Shown: piece after piece, positions 1-13,434 of the stretch
Layout: every line of letters starts with the position of its first letter
Position numbering within the stretch: the first letter of the stretch is position 1
Origin: Adineta vaga
Taxonomy: Eukaryota > Animalia > Rotifera
DNA: 64,000 nucleotides
Assembly (NCBI GenBank): GCA_021613535.1
Contig: CP075495.1
Location: forward strand, 1,364,001-1,428,000
Reading direction: 5' to 3'
Position numbers and translations under genes: made by a program
The notes under the pieces: generated by a model
What the model was told of the DNA's origin: nothing
Database searches by the model: none
What the model saw: the letters and a program-made list of their open reading frames with translations, nothing else

Positions 1-636
1 AATACATTCGATGCAATCCATGTAAATGTTGATTCATTCATTCGAGCAATAAGTTCAGTTTCATTAAGATCAAATTCATGATTACCAAATGTAACAAAAT
101 CAACTCCTAATGTATTTAAAGATGCAATCATTTGTCGACCATTTAACGTTGTACCATTTATTCTTGCTTGACTCAATGCTGATGGTGAAAGAAAATCACC
201 AGATAATATCGTATATGTTTGAACATTTTCTTCTAATAATAATTGTCGAACACGTGCAACACGAGCTAAACCACCTTTTCGACCTTGATCTAAAGGTAAC
301 ATTTCATAAACATCATTCATTTGTAAAATTGTCCATTGAACATAATCACCATCATTTGGTAAACGAATTGGAAAACCAATTGTACCTTTATCAACTGCAT
401 AAACATCATTTGAAGATGAACGAGATTTTGCACGATTCCATGCAATACCAAATATAATTGTTGTAATCGTTAAACTAATTATTATAAGACATAATAATAT
501 ATTAATTATTAAACGATTTCTTGGTTGACAAGATACAGATTGTAATGAATGTAAATCTAATCTCTAAATTCGGAAATATATATTGTAGAATAGAAATTCT
601 TTATGAATATATACTAACTGTATGTTCTGTAGCCAT
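1..636 (-). CDS. 5'-nucleotidase / calcineurin-like metallophosphoesterase with N-terminal signal anchor; 5' part only, runs off the window edge
   Basis: Hand translation: exon 636-619 (MATEHT), intron 618-564, then an open frame to base 1 with a hydrophobic helix (LIINILLCLIIISLTITTIIFGIAW) and the motifs QMNDVYE, GGLARVA, SGDFLSPS and FGNHEFD. Not in the ORF track. Confidence 0.88.
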
Positions 637-1160
637 AGATATGTTTCTTTTCAAATAGATATGAAAGTATTTCAAAAGAAGTCTTCAATACGAATTACCA
701 GAGAGAAGAAAAAAAAATGCGTTCGACTATATTCATAATATTTCTATTTGCACTTAAGATAAACTGATAAGTACATGTGTTTGATAACTAATAATAAATA
801 AGATTGAATTGAAAGTCTTTTTTTCTTTTTCAATAAAACATCTGGTCGACACATAACTTTTTGAATATGGTAAATCCAATACAGATTAACATTAAAACCT
901 TTGTCAACAACGAACAGGATTAATAAAGTCAAAGGAATTACTATTTGCTATGTCTATACCAATCGTTTGATTACGATTTCTTTACTATATAAAAATTCTA
1001 AAATCATATACAATGAATATCTTCAATGGAGTTCTTGTGCATACGATTTGATCTTAACGTTGATATCATTCAATAAAAGAAAATCTATATGCGATTATAA
1101 TTCACATTTATTCAACGATCTATATCAACTACATTTACAATAGATAAACAAATAAAATTG

Positions 1161-1802
1161 TCAACTACAAGTACATTTCTTATGCTTATATTTTGTTCTT
1201 TGTGTTGATAAAATATCTGTTGATGGTTCGAGAAAATGCATAAGAAATAAATCAGTTTGAATTCGAAAAGCTTTGTTTAATGCTAATAAACTAGTTTTTT
1301 TCATAGATTGATCTAAATTATCATGAGAACAAATAATTTCAATAATAAGATTTTCTATATAAGTTAACGTTGTATTTATATGAAGATATTCCACATTAAT
1401 CGATCTTGAACCCATTTTACTTGTATGCATACGACCAACACGTGATAAATAATCAAGAAATTCATCTGTCCATTCACGTTGTAAAATTAAACGTTTTAAA
1501 TAACCACTTAACATATCTTTTCGATAAATCATTTGTGTACATTCTAATGAAAGATCATCATTTGTATTTATTGATCCATCAAATTGATTATTAGTCATAA
1601 TGAAATGATGTTTTGTAACATTATATTGAAATAATTTTCTATAAACTCCATCAACAATTACAGGAACACGTGGTAATACTATTGGTGCAAGTGTATTTAA
1701 TATACTAATATCTTCAGAAGTAAAATTAATAAATTTAGAAAAATATTCGAAACGATAACGAACATCAGTAGTTAATTTATTACTATCTATATGTTCCACC
1801 AT
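1161..1802 (-). CDS. Protoglobin / globin-sensor-type single-domain globin; CDS intronless
   Basis: MVEHID...RYRFEYFSKFINFTSEDI...APIVLPRVPVIVDGVYRKL...EFLDYLSRVGRMH...INVEYLHIN matches the protoglobin family pattern, with the proximal His retained. ATG at 1802. Confidence 0.85.
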   Translation of the reverse strand: MVEHIDSNKLTTDVRYRFEYFSKFINFTSEDISILNTLAPIVLPRVPVIVDGVYRKLFQYNVTKHHFIMTNNQFDGSINTNDDLSLECTQMIYRKDMLSGYLKRLILQREWTDEFLDYLSRVGRMHTSKMGSRSINVEYLHINTTLTYIENLIIEIICSHDNLDQSMKKTSLLALNKAFRIQTDLFLMHFLEPSTDILSTQRTKYKHKKCTCS

Positions 1803-3148
1803 TGGTACTAATATGAGAAAATAAATGGAAGAGTTTTCTATTCCTATCAAATAAAGAAAATAAATACATCTTTTCTTTTTTGCTCAATTTATTCTTTCAT
1901 CTGTCATATAAACATTAACACACACGCACACGCACACGACTAGACGTGCTTTATAATTACATTTGTATTCGAATAAATTTGACAAATATCTTTAAATATG
2001 ACTAAATTATTGTTGTCTGTAAAGAAATGTTCCTTTCCATAAATAGTTACATTTCCTTCCTTTATGCTTTGCATATGTCTTATATTGACTATACAATCTT
2101 TTTATTTCTAAATCATCAAAAGTGCAAATAAAATTAGATTAGATCAACAATATCCAATTTAACTATTACAGATTCATATTACTGATAGCAAAAAAAACGA
2201 GCAGTGTAATTATACGTAGATGAAAGATTAACAAATTTAAGATCATTATCTCCGAACTTGTTCATGTGTCACTATAGTTAATTCTATTAATATATAAATA
2301 TCTTGTTGTCAAAGTTTAGTTCAAACATTGACATGATTTTCTTCTCTAAATTATTGTTAATCTAACTAAAAGGACATATGAACCGAGAGACAATATGGTA
2401 AATATAATAATTCAAGGACGCATTTAATCTTTCAAAATAACTAATCATTATTTAAGAAAAATACGAATTTTTCTTTATTGTTTAATCAGATATTATTGCG
2501 TACATCTTTCATTACAATATTGATGAAATTTTTGTCGCTTCTTCTAATGGAAAATCTAATTGTTTTCACATCGATAATTTATCCCATTGTTTAATAAATC
2601 TAGAAAAGAATTTTTCTACCTGATTTGCGTCTATTGTTCAGTATCAACATCATTTTGTCTTTATTAGCGACATCTATGGACAATTTTGAGATTTTTTATA
2701 TATAGTTTCGAAATCATTACTAAAACGAATGCGTTTTTCTATCATCTAGACTATGACATAGTGAACAATAAGATTTAGTTATAAAATACATCAGTAGAAG
2801 ATGAATTTTCCAAAAAATATAACTTATTCTAACGTATATATGAGCTATGAAATGTATTGACAAAAAAATGTTGACCTTGGAAAATGCAGAACGTAATTCA
2901 ACCATTACAGTAGAAAGGCAATCATCCATGAATATATGTGTTCTATACCACTAAGGATTGTAAAACACGTGTAAATATACATATATATATATATATATGA
3001 AGAGAATGTCTATACCGAATGTGATTTTTTCTTGTTTTGCTTTGAGGTAAAAATTTGTTTTTTTTCTTCTCTTTTCAAATATGTATAATATAATATTGTA
3101 TAGAAGATTATTTTTTAATTGGATAGACTAATAGGAGAAAGTGAAGAG

Positions 3149-4456
3149 ATGGTAGAACACTTGTTATCGATTAAAACCAATGAGCTTAATAATATTGAAG
3201 ATGGTACTAATCGATTATCAAAAAGTGTTTCATTCAATACCGATGATGATGATTCGGTCCAACCCGGTGATTCTCAACATATTTCTGATAACGAAGGTAG
3301 TGCAGCACAATCCAATACCATATCATTAGCAGCGGATAAGTTGAAACGAGGATTATTCTCAATACATTCACCATCGATTGATAGTATAAATGATCCCGAA
3401 GGACTTAATTCCGACATTCCATTATCCGAAAAGATAAAGAAGAAAAAACAACGACGTTTGACTCATCAATCAGTAATTACTTCATTTCAAAAAATAAAAC
3501 ACTAATCATCATTTTGTTTTCTTCTCTTATTATTTTAGAGTGTGGATAGTGGTAAAAAAGTTGTTGTCAAAAGTCAACCATGGTATACAAAAGTCGACTT
3601 GATAAAACCATTAATATATGTAGGTCTAGTAATAATACTCTATTTTATGTGGACACAACGCGCTGTTTGGATACCTCGACTATTAACTTCTAATAGTCGT
3701 ATTCGTCATATTGCATTAGCTAATGAAGAAAAATTACAAGAAAAAGGTTATTCACCTCAAAATACTGCATCGGACAATTCTAATTCAACCAATTCTAATC
3801 AAGATGATGATGATGACGATGATGATGATAATAATAATGATAGTAATAATAGTAGAGATCAAACATCCGTAACGAACAATGATGAGAATTCTCCTACGAC
3901 ATCGAATAAATATACAACTCCACAAAAATTGAATATACGTGTTCGAAGAAATAAGATGAGTTTTAGTAATAAAGATCGTCCCGATAAAAAACGTCGTTTA
4001 GTACAACGATCAATCATTGATGATGACGATGAAGATGACGTTATTGAAGATAATGGAATCATTGAAACTGATAGTGACGAAGTTGTCATTAAAGACAAAA
4101 TATCTGGCTTACCATCGTCTATTCATTCATCAAAACGTCATCATCATCATCATCATCAACAACAACAACAATCAAAAGCTAATGGTTCTCGTGGAAAAAA
4201 TCGCAGAACAGTACTTAGTTCCCAAACTGGTCTTGCTACAACTTCACAACATGATTTGATTGTACAATTACAAAGATTGATTGGTTCACATGAACGAAGT
4301 CGTAATTTGTTAAGCGTTATATCAAAAGAAACTGGTTTAAAAAAAGATAAAATCAAACAATTTATAGAGAAGAAAAATTTTCGCGTTATTTCACTTGATA
4401 ATTTTATTTCTATTATCAATTCATACAATTCAAGCCTTTTAATTATACCAAATTAA
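3149..4456 (+). CDS. Uncharacterised single-pass membrane protein with acidic/His/Gln low-complexity linker and C-terminal HTH-like domain (exons 3149-3472, 3539-4456)
   Basis: A phase-0 GT-AG intron 3473-3538 joins ORFs 3119-3505 and 3542-4456 in frame. One TM helix (LIYVGLVIILYFMW). Confidence 0.75.
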
Positions 4457-5006
4457 TCGAATTTTTCTTTTTCTTTCTTTTTCTTCTTCTATTTATATTC
4501 ATATTAGAAACTTTGAATACGAGTTAAATAAAAATCATCTTTGTGGTTGCAAATCTATCTAAAACATACGTAAGTTTTCTTTGCTTAAACAAAAAACATA
4601 TTATCAAAGGGTCAATAGTCGTACGAAAACTGAGAAACGTAATCATTCACGGATGATTAAGAACCTTCTCACTCATTCGTTTACAAAGGTAAATATATTA
4701 TTTTGTTTATTACCAATCAATAATCATGCATTTCTTCAGTCATACGATAACTTTGTATCATATTTAATCTCATCGGAAAAATATCTCAGTAACAATGAGA
4801 AATATTCAACTGACAACGATAACACACACACACACACACAATATAGAAGATCTTAATATTAAAAAAAAGAAAAGAAAAAGACGACAATAATCATATTTTC
4901 ATTTTCTTTATTATCAATACAAAACGAGAAAGAATTTTCAATAAAATAAAAATAAACTATAAAACATCCGCTGTACAAAACAAGTTCTGTTTTTTTAATC
5001 ATATTA

Positions 5007-7839
5007 TTAATTATTCGGTAAATTTGCTTCAAAATTTTGACTATCTAGTCTTGCAACTACGGATGCTCGTGTCAAATCAAAATCAATTTCAGTAATAGAG
5101 GCAACTTCAGTTAAATTTCGATATAAACCACGATGATAATTACTTTTCAATGGTCCCCAATCATCTCGTGGTAAATTATTTCGTTTAAATGCTTCTAAAT
5201 ATCGTGGTTTCATTATATATTCATTATCATCATCAATAAGATAATCTCGACTATCAGGACCAATTGATTCCGTCTTCAAAAAAGAAAAGGAAATGAATAC
5301 AACATTTCAAAAATATAACATAAACTTACAATTTCATTCTCAGCGATCAATTGATATCCTCGTATATAGTTAATAATATAAAAAAGTGGAATAGGTATAA
5401 TACAGAGAACAAAAATAGACCATCCAAGTATAGTACTCCATGGAGGATATACATACGCATCGAAACCACCACCAGCTCCATGTTCTAAAGGTTTTGAACT
5501 GATCAATTTTGAAATTGTAATAATCTATAAGAGAAAAATCAATTGTTATTTTTCTTCTATAGAGATTGTTTGTAGAAATTAATATACATACTAGGCAGAG
5601 AATTGGAGCTGTGATACACCAAGTAATAAATAAATAATATTCACCCGAACGTTTTCCTAACATCATTTTTACATCATTCATAAATCGATTGAAACCTAAA
5701 ATTAAGTTGAATTTATTAAAGAAGTGATCCAATTTTAAACAAACCATAAATATAACTAATTACAAATACTTCAAAAAAACCAATAACAACTAATGATATA
5801 TTCGTTGCGTATTCATTTAATAATTCAAACAGATATATTCCACCCTAAAAAAAAGTCAACTGACTCCATTTATTCTGTAGTGAAAGATAACACAAATACG
5901 AACCGGACAAGTAAATGGTAAACTTATAAGAAATGAAATTATACAAGTAATTATGACTAGATTGGTCTTTTCGATCGAAATCGTGGAAATAATTCTAATA
6001 ATGCCGTTATTGGAACATCTGTCAATGCAAACTATACAAAAGAAAAAGATATATAAGAATAGATTTATCACCATATTCTCTTTACTGACCTGACTACCAA
6101 TACCAAGCGCTAGTAACATTAGAAAGAAGAGAATTGAAAAAACTGAACTAGCTGGCATATGTGCAATAGCTTCTGGATATGTAATAAATGCCAAACCAGG
6201 ACCTGATGCACTTGCATACTTCTCCACTGGTTCCTTCAATTCAGATGACAGATATCCAATTGTTGCAAAAACAGCAAAACCAGCAAAGATTCCCGTAAAA
6301 CAATCACATGACACAACAATACACATTTGCCTATTTATCATCAAATCATTTATTAAGATTGAAAAACAATAAACTTACCTGAAGAAATTATTTTTGAATT
6401 TATTTGATGCTGAATAGGCCATTAATGAACCAAAACTAAGACCAAGTGAGAAAAAGACTTGAGAAGCAGCTGCTTGCCAAGTCTAAAAATCAAAGATAAA
6501 TATTATCTCGTTTTCCTTCCAGAAGAAAAACTATACCTCAAATTTAGCAACAAGTTCCCATCTTGGAATAACATAAAATTTGATACCATCAATCGCTCCA
6601 TCTAATAATACACTTTGAATAATTAATATTAATAATACGATATATGGAAAAATAGCTGTGAAATAAGCTACCTAAATGAAAACAATCCATCATTTCGAAT
6701 ACTAATAAAATATAGGAAAGTATACTTTTCCTGATGATTTCACACCACGAATAATGCATGCACCAATAATTATCCAGGCAGCCAGTAATGAAAGAACAGA
6801 ATATAATTGAGGTGTTCCAAACTCCTCGAAACTTTTGCTCTTTCCTAAAACTAATCCACTAAATACGTCACAGACTATTTCACAAGGATACTATAAAAAT
6901 TTTCTCTCTCACTAGAAAAATTGTTCCGTTGCTGTCACCCGATCTGTTACATTGATTGATACACAGGAATATTCTGCTACGTTTCGATATTGTGCTTCAG
7001 TGCAATTGTATTTTGTTCCATTAACTGTAAATGGTGAATTCTCACTCCCTGGTACAAAACATCGATCATCGTTCCACCAATAACCACATTTCTTCCATAG
7101 AAGATTTGTTCGAAAGGATGAAATAAAATAAAATAATGCCCAACTGATAATCACACTGTAATAAAGCATACATAAGACACTATTAATGATCATTGCAAAA
7201 CCAACACCTTCAGTACACAATAAAATTATTCATCGTCTCGATTGATAAACTCGAAATGTTTATCTTACCTCGCCATCCTTTTGCAAGAATGAATGCAGTT
7301 GCTGGACCACGACTTGAGAATTGTCCAAGAGCAAGTTCAAGATAATAGATAGGTGCACCGATGAGAAAGTACAAGACGAAATATGGAATAAGAAATGCAC
7401 CTGAAGAAGAGGAATGAAAAGTTGATAGGAAATAATTTTGATAAATACGAACCACCACCACTTTTCGCAGCTAGATAAGGAAATCGCCAAACATTACCAA
7501 GTCCAACAGAATTTGAAATTAACGAAAGGATAAACTCAATCGGACGATCCCATTCATGAATGTCTCTGTTCTGAAATGGTCATCGTGTTGATTCTATGAA
7601 AATGCAAGAAATTACTTTTTCTACAACGGTTTTTGTATGTTGTTGTTTGTCAGAAGATCTTTCGGTACGATTTTTGTGCTGAAACTAAAAGAAGACAAAT
7701 TAATTATAATAAAAATTATTTTGATTCGTCATATCTATTAGATCTTTTAAAAATCGAATTTACATGAATTAGATTATCTATAACTATGAAAGATTTCAAC
7801 TAGATATTTTCGAATTCTTACGAAAGAAAGTAAATGCAT
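5007..7839 (-). CDS. SLC6 sodium:neurotransmitter/amino-acid symporter, copy 1 (multi-exon; first exon tentative)
   Basis: Signature EWDRPIEFILSLISNSVGLGNVWRFPYL, GGGAFLIPY, LELALGQF, GPGLAFITYPEA, YPPWSTILGW and a C-terminal P..DWGP motif. Stop at 5007. Confidence 0.93.
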
Positions 7840-8352
7840 TGAAATTGATCTTATGAACTTGAATCAAAATAATCTTTTTTCCCGGAAATTTTCTAAAAGA
7901 AAAATCATAAATGAAATTGTTTTTTTACACAAATGTATTCGCATGTAACAGAAGGAACGAATGAACTCGATAGTTGTAAGATATGACTGGCATATCTTGA
8001 TATATGATTACAAGTATAAATCGACTAAAAACAGTTTCTAGTCTATAGATCGTAGAATAGTAGAAAGAGAGAAGAAAGAAAAGAATCTACGATATATGCT
8101 ATACCTAGATCAGAAACAAATGAAAACATAGACAGTTCATATCATCGTTTGAATTTTGTTAAGAACATTGCACGAGAAAAGTATTATGTAAAAGTACATT
8201 TATTTTGTTAAATAAGATATTCGTCATTATTGATTTTTAGTCAATATTCTTTTTATTATTATTATATATAAGGTATCTTGAATGTACTACATTTGCAATA
8301 GAATTGTTTTTTTATTAAATCAATGATAAGAGAAGAACAATTACGAAAAATC

Positions 8353-9128
8353 TTATTTCTTTTTCGGTTTATTCAATACAGTTGTAATAGGTTTTATATG
8401 TGGACATTCTTTCATAGTTGCTGTTAATTCATCAATACGAATATCTTTGAGTTGTGCAATATGTTCAAGTCGACGCATTTTAACTTGTAATACTTGAATT
8501 TCTTCTTGTTGTATTAAACATTGCTGTTTTAATTCTTCATAATCAAGACGAGTAAATGATTTACTTTGAATATTTATTATTGGTTGACTTGTTCGACTTG
8601 TTTTTTCTGATAGAAATGAATTCATATCATCGATCGTATCGATTGTATCTGACGAAAGTAATAATTGTCGTACTGGTGATCGACTTGGTCTCTTCGGTTG
8701 ATATTGTGGCTTTTTTCGTTGTTCAAGTTCTTCATTGATTTTGGATTTTAAATTAAATAACACAGGTTCAACAACACCTACTTTAGCAATACTTAAATCA
8801 TTAATTGTTGTGTCTGGAACGATACAACCTAAACGATCGAATACTTTTTTATTCAATATTCCCCAATTGATTTTCTTTTGACTAATTGAACTACTTGATA
8901 CATAATTATGCACATCAACCATATCAGGAAGAAAATGTTGAACAATTTCTGCTGCTAAAATACCTACAGAGACAATCGAATATTTTACTAAGTTAACAAA
9001 AATTTCGTAAAATTACCATCTGAAAAATCCCGCTCTATTTTTTTCTTTGGTCTTGATAATGGAATTTTATCAATCCAAAGACATAATTCTTCTAAATTCG
9101 AAGGAGTCAAAACTATTTTTCGAGCCAT
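8353..9128 (-). CDS. SPEF1: Sperm flagellar protein 1-like (calponin-homology domain plus C-terminal coiled coil)
   Basis: Exon 1 reads MARKIVLTPSNLEELCLWIDKIPLSRPKKKIERDFSDG; after one intron ...MVDVHNYVSSSSISQKKINWGILNKKVF... and the tail LQVKMRRLEHIAQLKDIRIDEL. Confidence 0.88.
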
Positions 9129-9501
9129 TCTAACCTATTACAAACAGTAACTAACTACTGAAAATAACAAAAAGATTTTCCTTCAATTGCTCAACAATAC
9201 TCAATGATTGGTCTTGTTATTCTTTTCTTTTTTTTCTCTTCAATTTATCACTAATTACAATAGTCGGAGAAAATAAAATCTTATTTTCTTTCTCTTATCG
9301 TTTACTGAATGTCTTTACGAACGGTATCGGTAGTCATGGATAGTTCTAATAACAATCTACATAGTTTCTTTTCGTTTACAAATGTTCATGATTAATCAAA
9401 TCAAAAATAGTAGTTTTATTACAAATAAGCAAGTATTTTTCGCAAATCACTTCTACAAAAGAAAAATCATTATATAAGATAAGATTATCTGTTCATTACA
9501 A

Positions 9502-12308
9502 TTAGAATCTTTCTTGCACAACATCATTGAGCGAATGGAATTTTTCGGAATCCGGTTGAAAACTTGGATTACGATAAGCATCTGATCGTAAGTGATGAAG
9601 TTCTTGATGAGTTCTTTCATCATTGAATTGCATTTCTTTCAAATGTTTATATGCATCATTCCAATTGGCTTCTTTCTTCGGTCCCCAATCGTATCGAGGT
9701 GAATTATTTTGTGTTACCGCTTCTAAATATGTTGGCTTTTCTGAATGAGCATTATCTTCAGAAAGATTATTATGAGCTCGACGAACGAATGGTTTGGCCT
9801 GAAAATAATTGTCATTATCAATACACTAATAATTCAATTCGTTGAAAAAAAAACTACTTACAATATCTCGACGACGAAGTGCAAAATATTCTCGAAAACA
9901 ATTTATAATAAAAACTAATGGAATTGGTATTATACAACCAATAAATATACACCATCCAGCAATTGTACTCCATTCAGGATATACATATGCATCGAAACCA
10001 CCACCAGCATTATTTGTCATACGTTTCGCACTGAGTATATTTGATAATGTTATTATCTTAAGTGAAAAAAATTTCATTTATTTAAACAAAAATCATTTGT
10101 CACTTACTAGCATCAGCAATGGAGCGATAATACACCATGTTACAAATAAATAATATTCAGCTGCACGTTTTCCTAACATCATTTTTACATCATTCATAAA
10201 TCGATTGAATCCTAAAGGAAAAAACAACAATAGATTTTTCTATCCATTTTTTCTTCATTCTTCTAAACAAACCGTAGATATAAGCGATGGTATATACTTC
10301 AAAAAAACCTACAACCACCATTGATATATTCGCTGCGTATTCGTTTAGAAGTTCAAATAGATATATTCCACCCTGAAAAAAAGTAAAGATTTGTTTTCTA
10401 AAGTAAGATAAATTTAGGAAACAAAAGATACGAACTGGACATGTAAATGGTAAACTTATTGCAAATGAAATTATACAAGTAATTATTACTACAATTGGTC
10501 TTTTCGATCGAAATCGTGGAAATAATTCTAATAACGATGTTATTGGAACGTCTGTTAATGCAAACTACAAATATAAGAAAAAAACACAATATTCTATCAC
10601 TACAAGTCGTTTTTTCCTCTACTTGTGACCCAAGACCAAGCGCTAGTAACATTAGAAAGAAGAGAATTGAAAAAACTGAACTAGCTGGCATATGTGCAAT
10701 AGCTTCTGGATATGTAATAAATGCCAAACCAGGACCTGATGCACTTGCATACTTCTCTACTGGTTCCTTCAATTCAGATGACAGATATCCAATTGTTGCA
10801 AAAACAGCAAAACCAGCAAAGATTCCCGTAAAACAATCACATGACACAACAATACACATTTGCCTATTTATCATCAAATCATTTATTAAGATTGAAAAAC
10901 AATAAACTTACCTGAAGAAATTATTTTTGAATTTATTTGATGCTGAATAGGCCATTAATGAACCAAAACTAAGACCAAGTGAGAAAAAGACTTGAGAAGC
11001 AGCTGCTTGCCAAGTCTAAAAATCAAAGATAAATATTATCTCGTTTTCCTTCCAGAAGAAAAACTATACCTCAAATTTAGCAACAAGTTCCCATCTTGGA
11101 ATAACATAAAATTTGATACCATCAATCGCTCCATCTAATAATACACTTTGAATAATTAATATTAATAATACGATATATGGAAAAATAGCTGTGAAATAAG
11201 CTACCTAAATGAAAACAATCCATCATTTCGAATACTAATAAAATATAGGAAAGTATACTTTTCCTGATGATTTCACACCACGAATGATACATGCACCAAC
11301 AATTATCCAGGCGATGAACAATGATAGAGCAGGATATAGTTGAGGTGCTCCAAACTCCTCGAAACTATTACTCTTTCCCAAAAGTAATCGACTAAATACA
11401 CCAGAGATCATTTACAGAACTTTTTGCAAAACTTGACATAAACTTACTAAAAGAATTGTTCCGTTGCTGTCACATCTTTTCCAGTCGAAGGCACACACGC
11501 ATACATTGAACTATTTAAATATTGTGCTTCAGTACAATTGTATTTTGTTCCATTAACTGTAAATGGTGAATTCTCACTCCCTGGTACAAAACATCGATCA
11601 TCATTCCACCAATAACCACATTTCTTCCATAAAAGATTCGTTCGAAACGATGAAATAAAATAAAATAATGCCCAACTGATAATTACATTGTAATAAAGCA
11701 TACATAAGACACTATTAATGATCATTGCAAAACCAACACCTTCAGTACAAAATAAAATTATTCATCGTCTCGATTGATAAACTCGAAATGTTTATCTTAC
11801 CTCGCCATCCTTTTGCAAGAATGAATGCAGTTGCTGGACCACGACTTGAGAATTGTCCAAGAGCAAGTTCAAGATAATAGATAGGTGCACCGATGAGAAA
11901 GTACAAGACGAAATATGGAATAAGAAATGCACCTGAAGAAGAGGAATGAAAAGTTGATAGGAAAGAATTTTGATAAATACGAACCACCACCACTTTTCGC
12001 AGCTAGATAAGGAAATCGCCAAACATTACCAAGTCCAACAGAATTTGAAATTAACGAAAGGATAAACTCAATCGGACGATCCCATTCATGATCGTCTTTA
12101 TCCTAGGTTAATATTTGTGAATAAATTTTTTTTCTTTTCAATACAAAAAATTACCTCCTCTGGTGTTGTTATATTATCAGATTCTAATCTAGTTGGTTCT
12201 GTGCCCTGATTTCCTCCACGAAACTATAATTGAGAAGAAGAAAAACACATTTAATTACAAGAACTTATAGAAGAAAATACTTTTTACCCTAGCCGCAAAT
12301 TTATCCAT
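9502..12308 (-). CDS. SLC6 sodium:neurotransmitter/amino-acid symporter, copy 2 (multi-exon)
   Basis: Same SLC6 motifs and intron positions as copy 1. First exon MDKFAAR at 12308; last exon ...PRYDWGPKK...QERF* ends at 9502. Confidence 0.93.
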
Positions 12309-12950
12309 AAAATATTAGTAAAATAAAATGCAAAATAATCTAAAAAAATGATGTTGTTCAATATCGATTTAATCAACAATTGTAAATTGTTTCGTATTCA
12401 TCAATATATTGAATCAAAACAAGGTATTGTTTCTTTCTTCACAAATCTAAATCTGCAATGACCTATGAAAGAATGTATTAATTTAGAGAGATCGCAAATA
12501 TCAAGGTTGTCGACATTTTTCCTTCTAATGGATTAAAGACTTATCCTGTCTAACTCACGTATGTTTACTAGAAATAGATCGATTGATCTGAAGAGGTCAT
12601 ACATGACTATCAATTACAAAAAAAAGAAAAAAAGAAATCGAAGAAGCATCAATTTGCATATGTAATTTCTTTTTATTAAATCTAACATTCTTTTTTTCTT
12701 CTCCCTTTACTCACAATTTGATAACAATGAAATCGTATGTTTGTCAACTAATGATAACTGAAAGAAACGAATGATCATCAATGTCGTCGTTGTCTTCGTC
12801 ATTTTTTTTTCCTACGAAAAAAAAAGATAAGATGATTCATGGCTTAGTTACAGACTTTGAAGGGCGAATAATGATGATGGAATCTTTTTCTATTATCAAA
12901 GCGCCATTGATTATTTATTTTTTCTAATCGAAAAATTGAATATTTTTCTT

Positions 12951-13421
12951 ATGAATACGAATAATCGAAGATCTGCTATTCTTAAACGTCGAACATTACT
13001 TTGTTATTCTACTCTTTGTTTATTTTTATTACTAATATTGATCTTATGTTCAATTCAAGTCTTTCATAATCATTCAGTAAATTTTCATAATAAAACAGTT
13101 TCATTAAATGTTATTAAATTTCGTTCATTATTAATTGAATGTGGTCAATCAGTTGTAAAACGAGAACATTTCTATCGAAGTATTCAACAATTTACTGATT
13201 TAATAAAAACAAACTCGAATACTTGTCTTAATGATCAATTAGATGAAAATATTCTTAAACAAGATTTAATTATTTGGTTAGAATATATTTTAAAAGAATG
13301 TTATCAAGCAAGACAATTCTTAATTGTTGAACAACAAAATCCGATGATAATTAGACGGATAATTTCAACAATACGAAAAGAAATTTTATATATCGCAGCA
13401 TTTTTTATTAAAGATATTTGA
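12951..13421 (+). CDS. Hypothetical small type II membrane or secreted protein
   Basis: 156-aa intronless ORF from ATG 12951: basic N-terminus followed by a hydrophobic helix (LLCYSTLCLFLLLILILCSI). No family recognised. Stop is 13 nt from the DNAL1 stop. Confidence 0.5.
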   Translation: MNTNNRRSAILKRRTLLCYSTLCLFLLLILILCSIQVFHNHSVNFHNKTVSLNVIKFRSLLIECGQSVVKREHFYRSIQQFTDLIKTNSNTCLNDQLDENILKQDLIIWLEYILKECYQARQFLIVEQQNPMIIRRIISTIRKEILYIAAFFIKDI

Positions 13422-13434
13422 AAAGATAGAAGTC

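Noticed and set aside
110-457. 115-aa plus-strand ORF
   Set aside because: Antisense shadow of the minus-strand nucleotidase.
9842-10905. Plus-strand ORFs over SLC6 copy 2
   Set aside because: Antisense shadows with no independent motifs.
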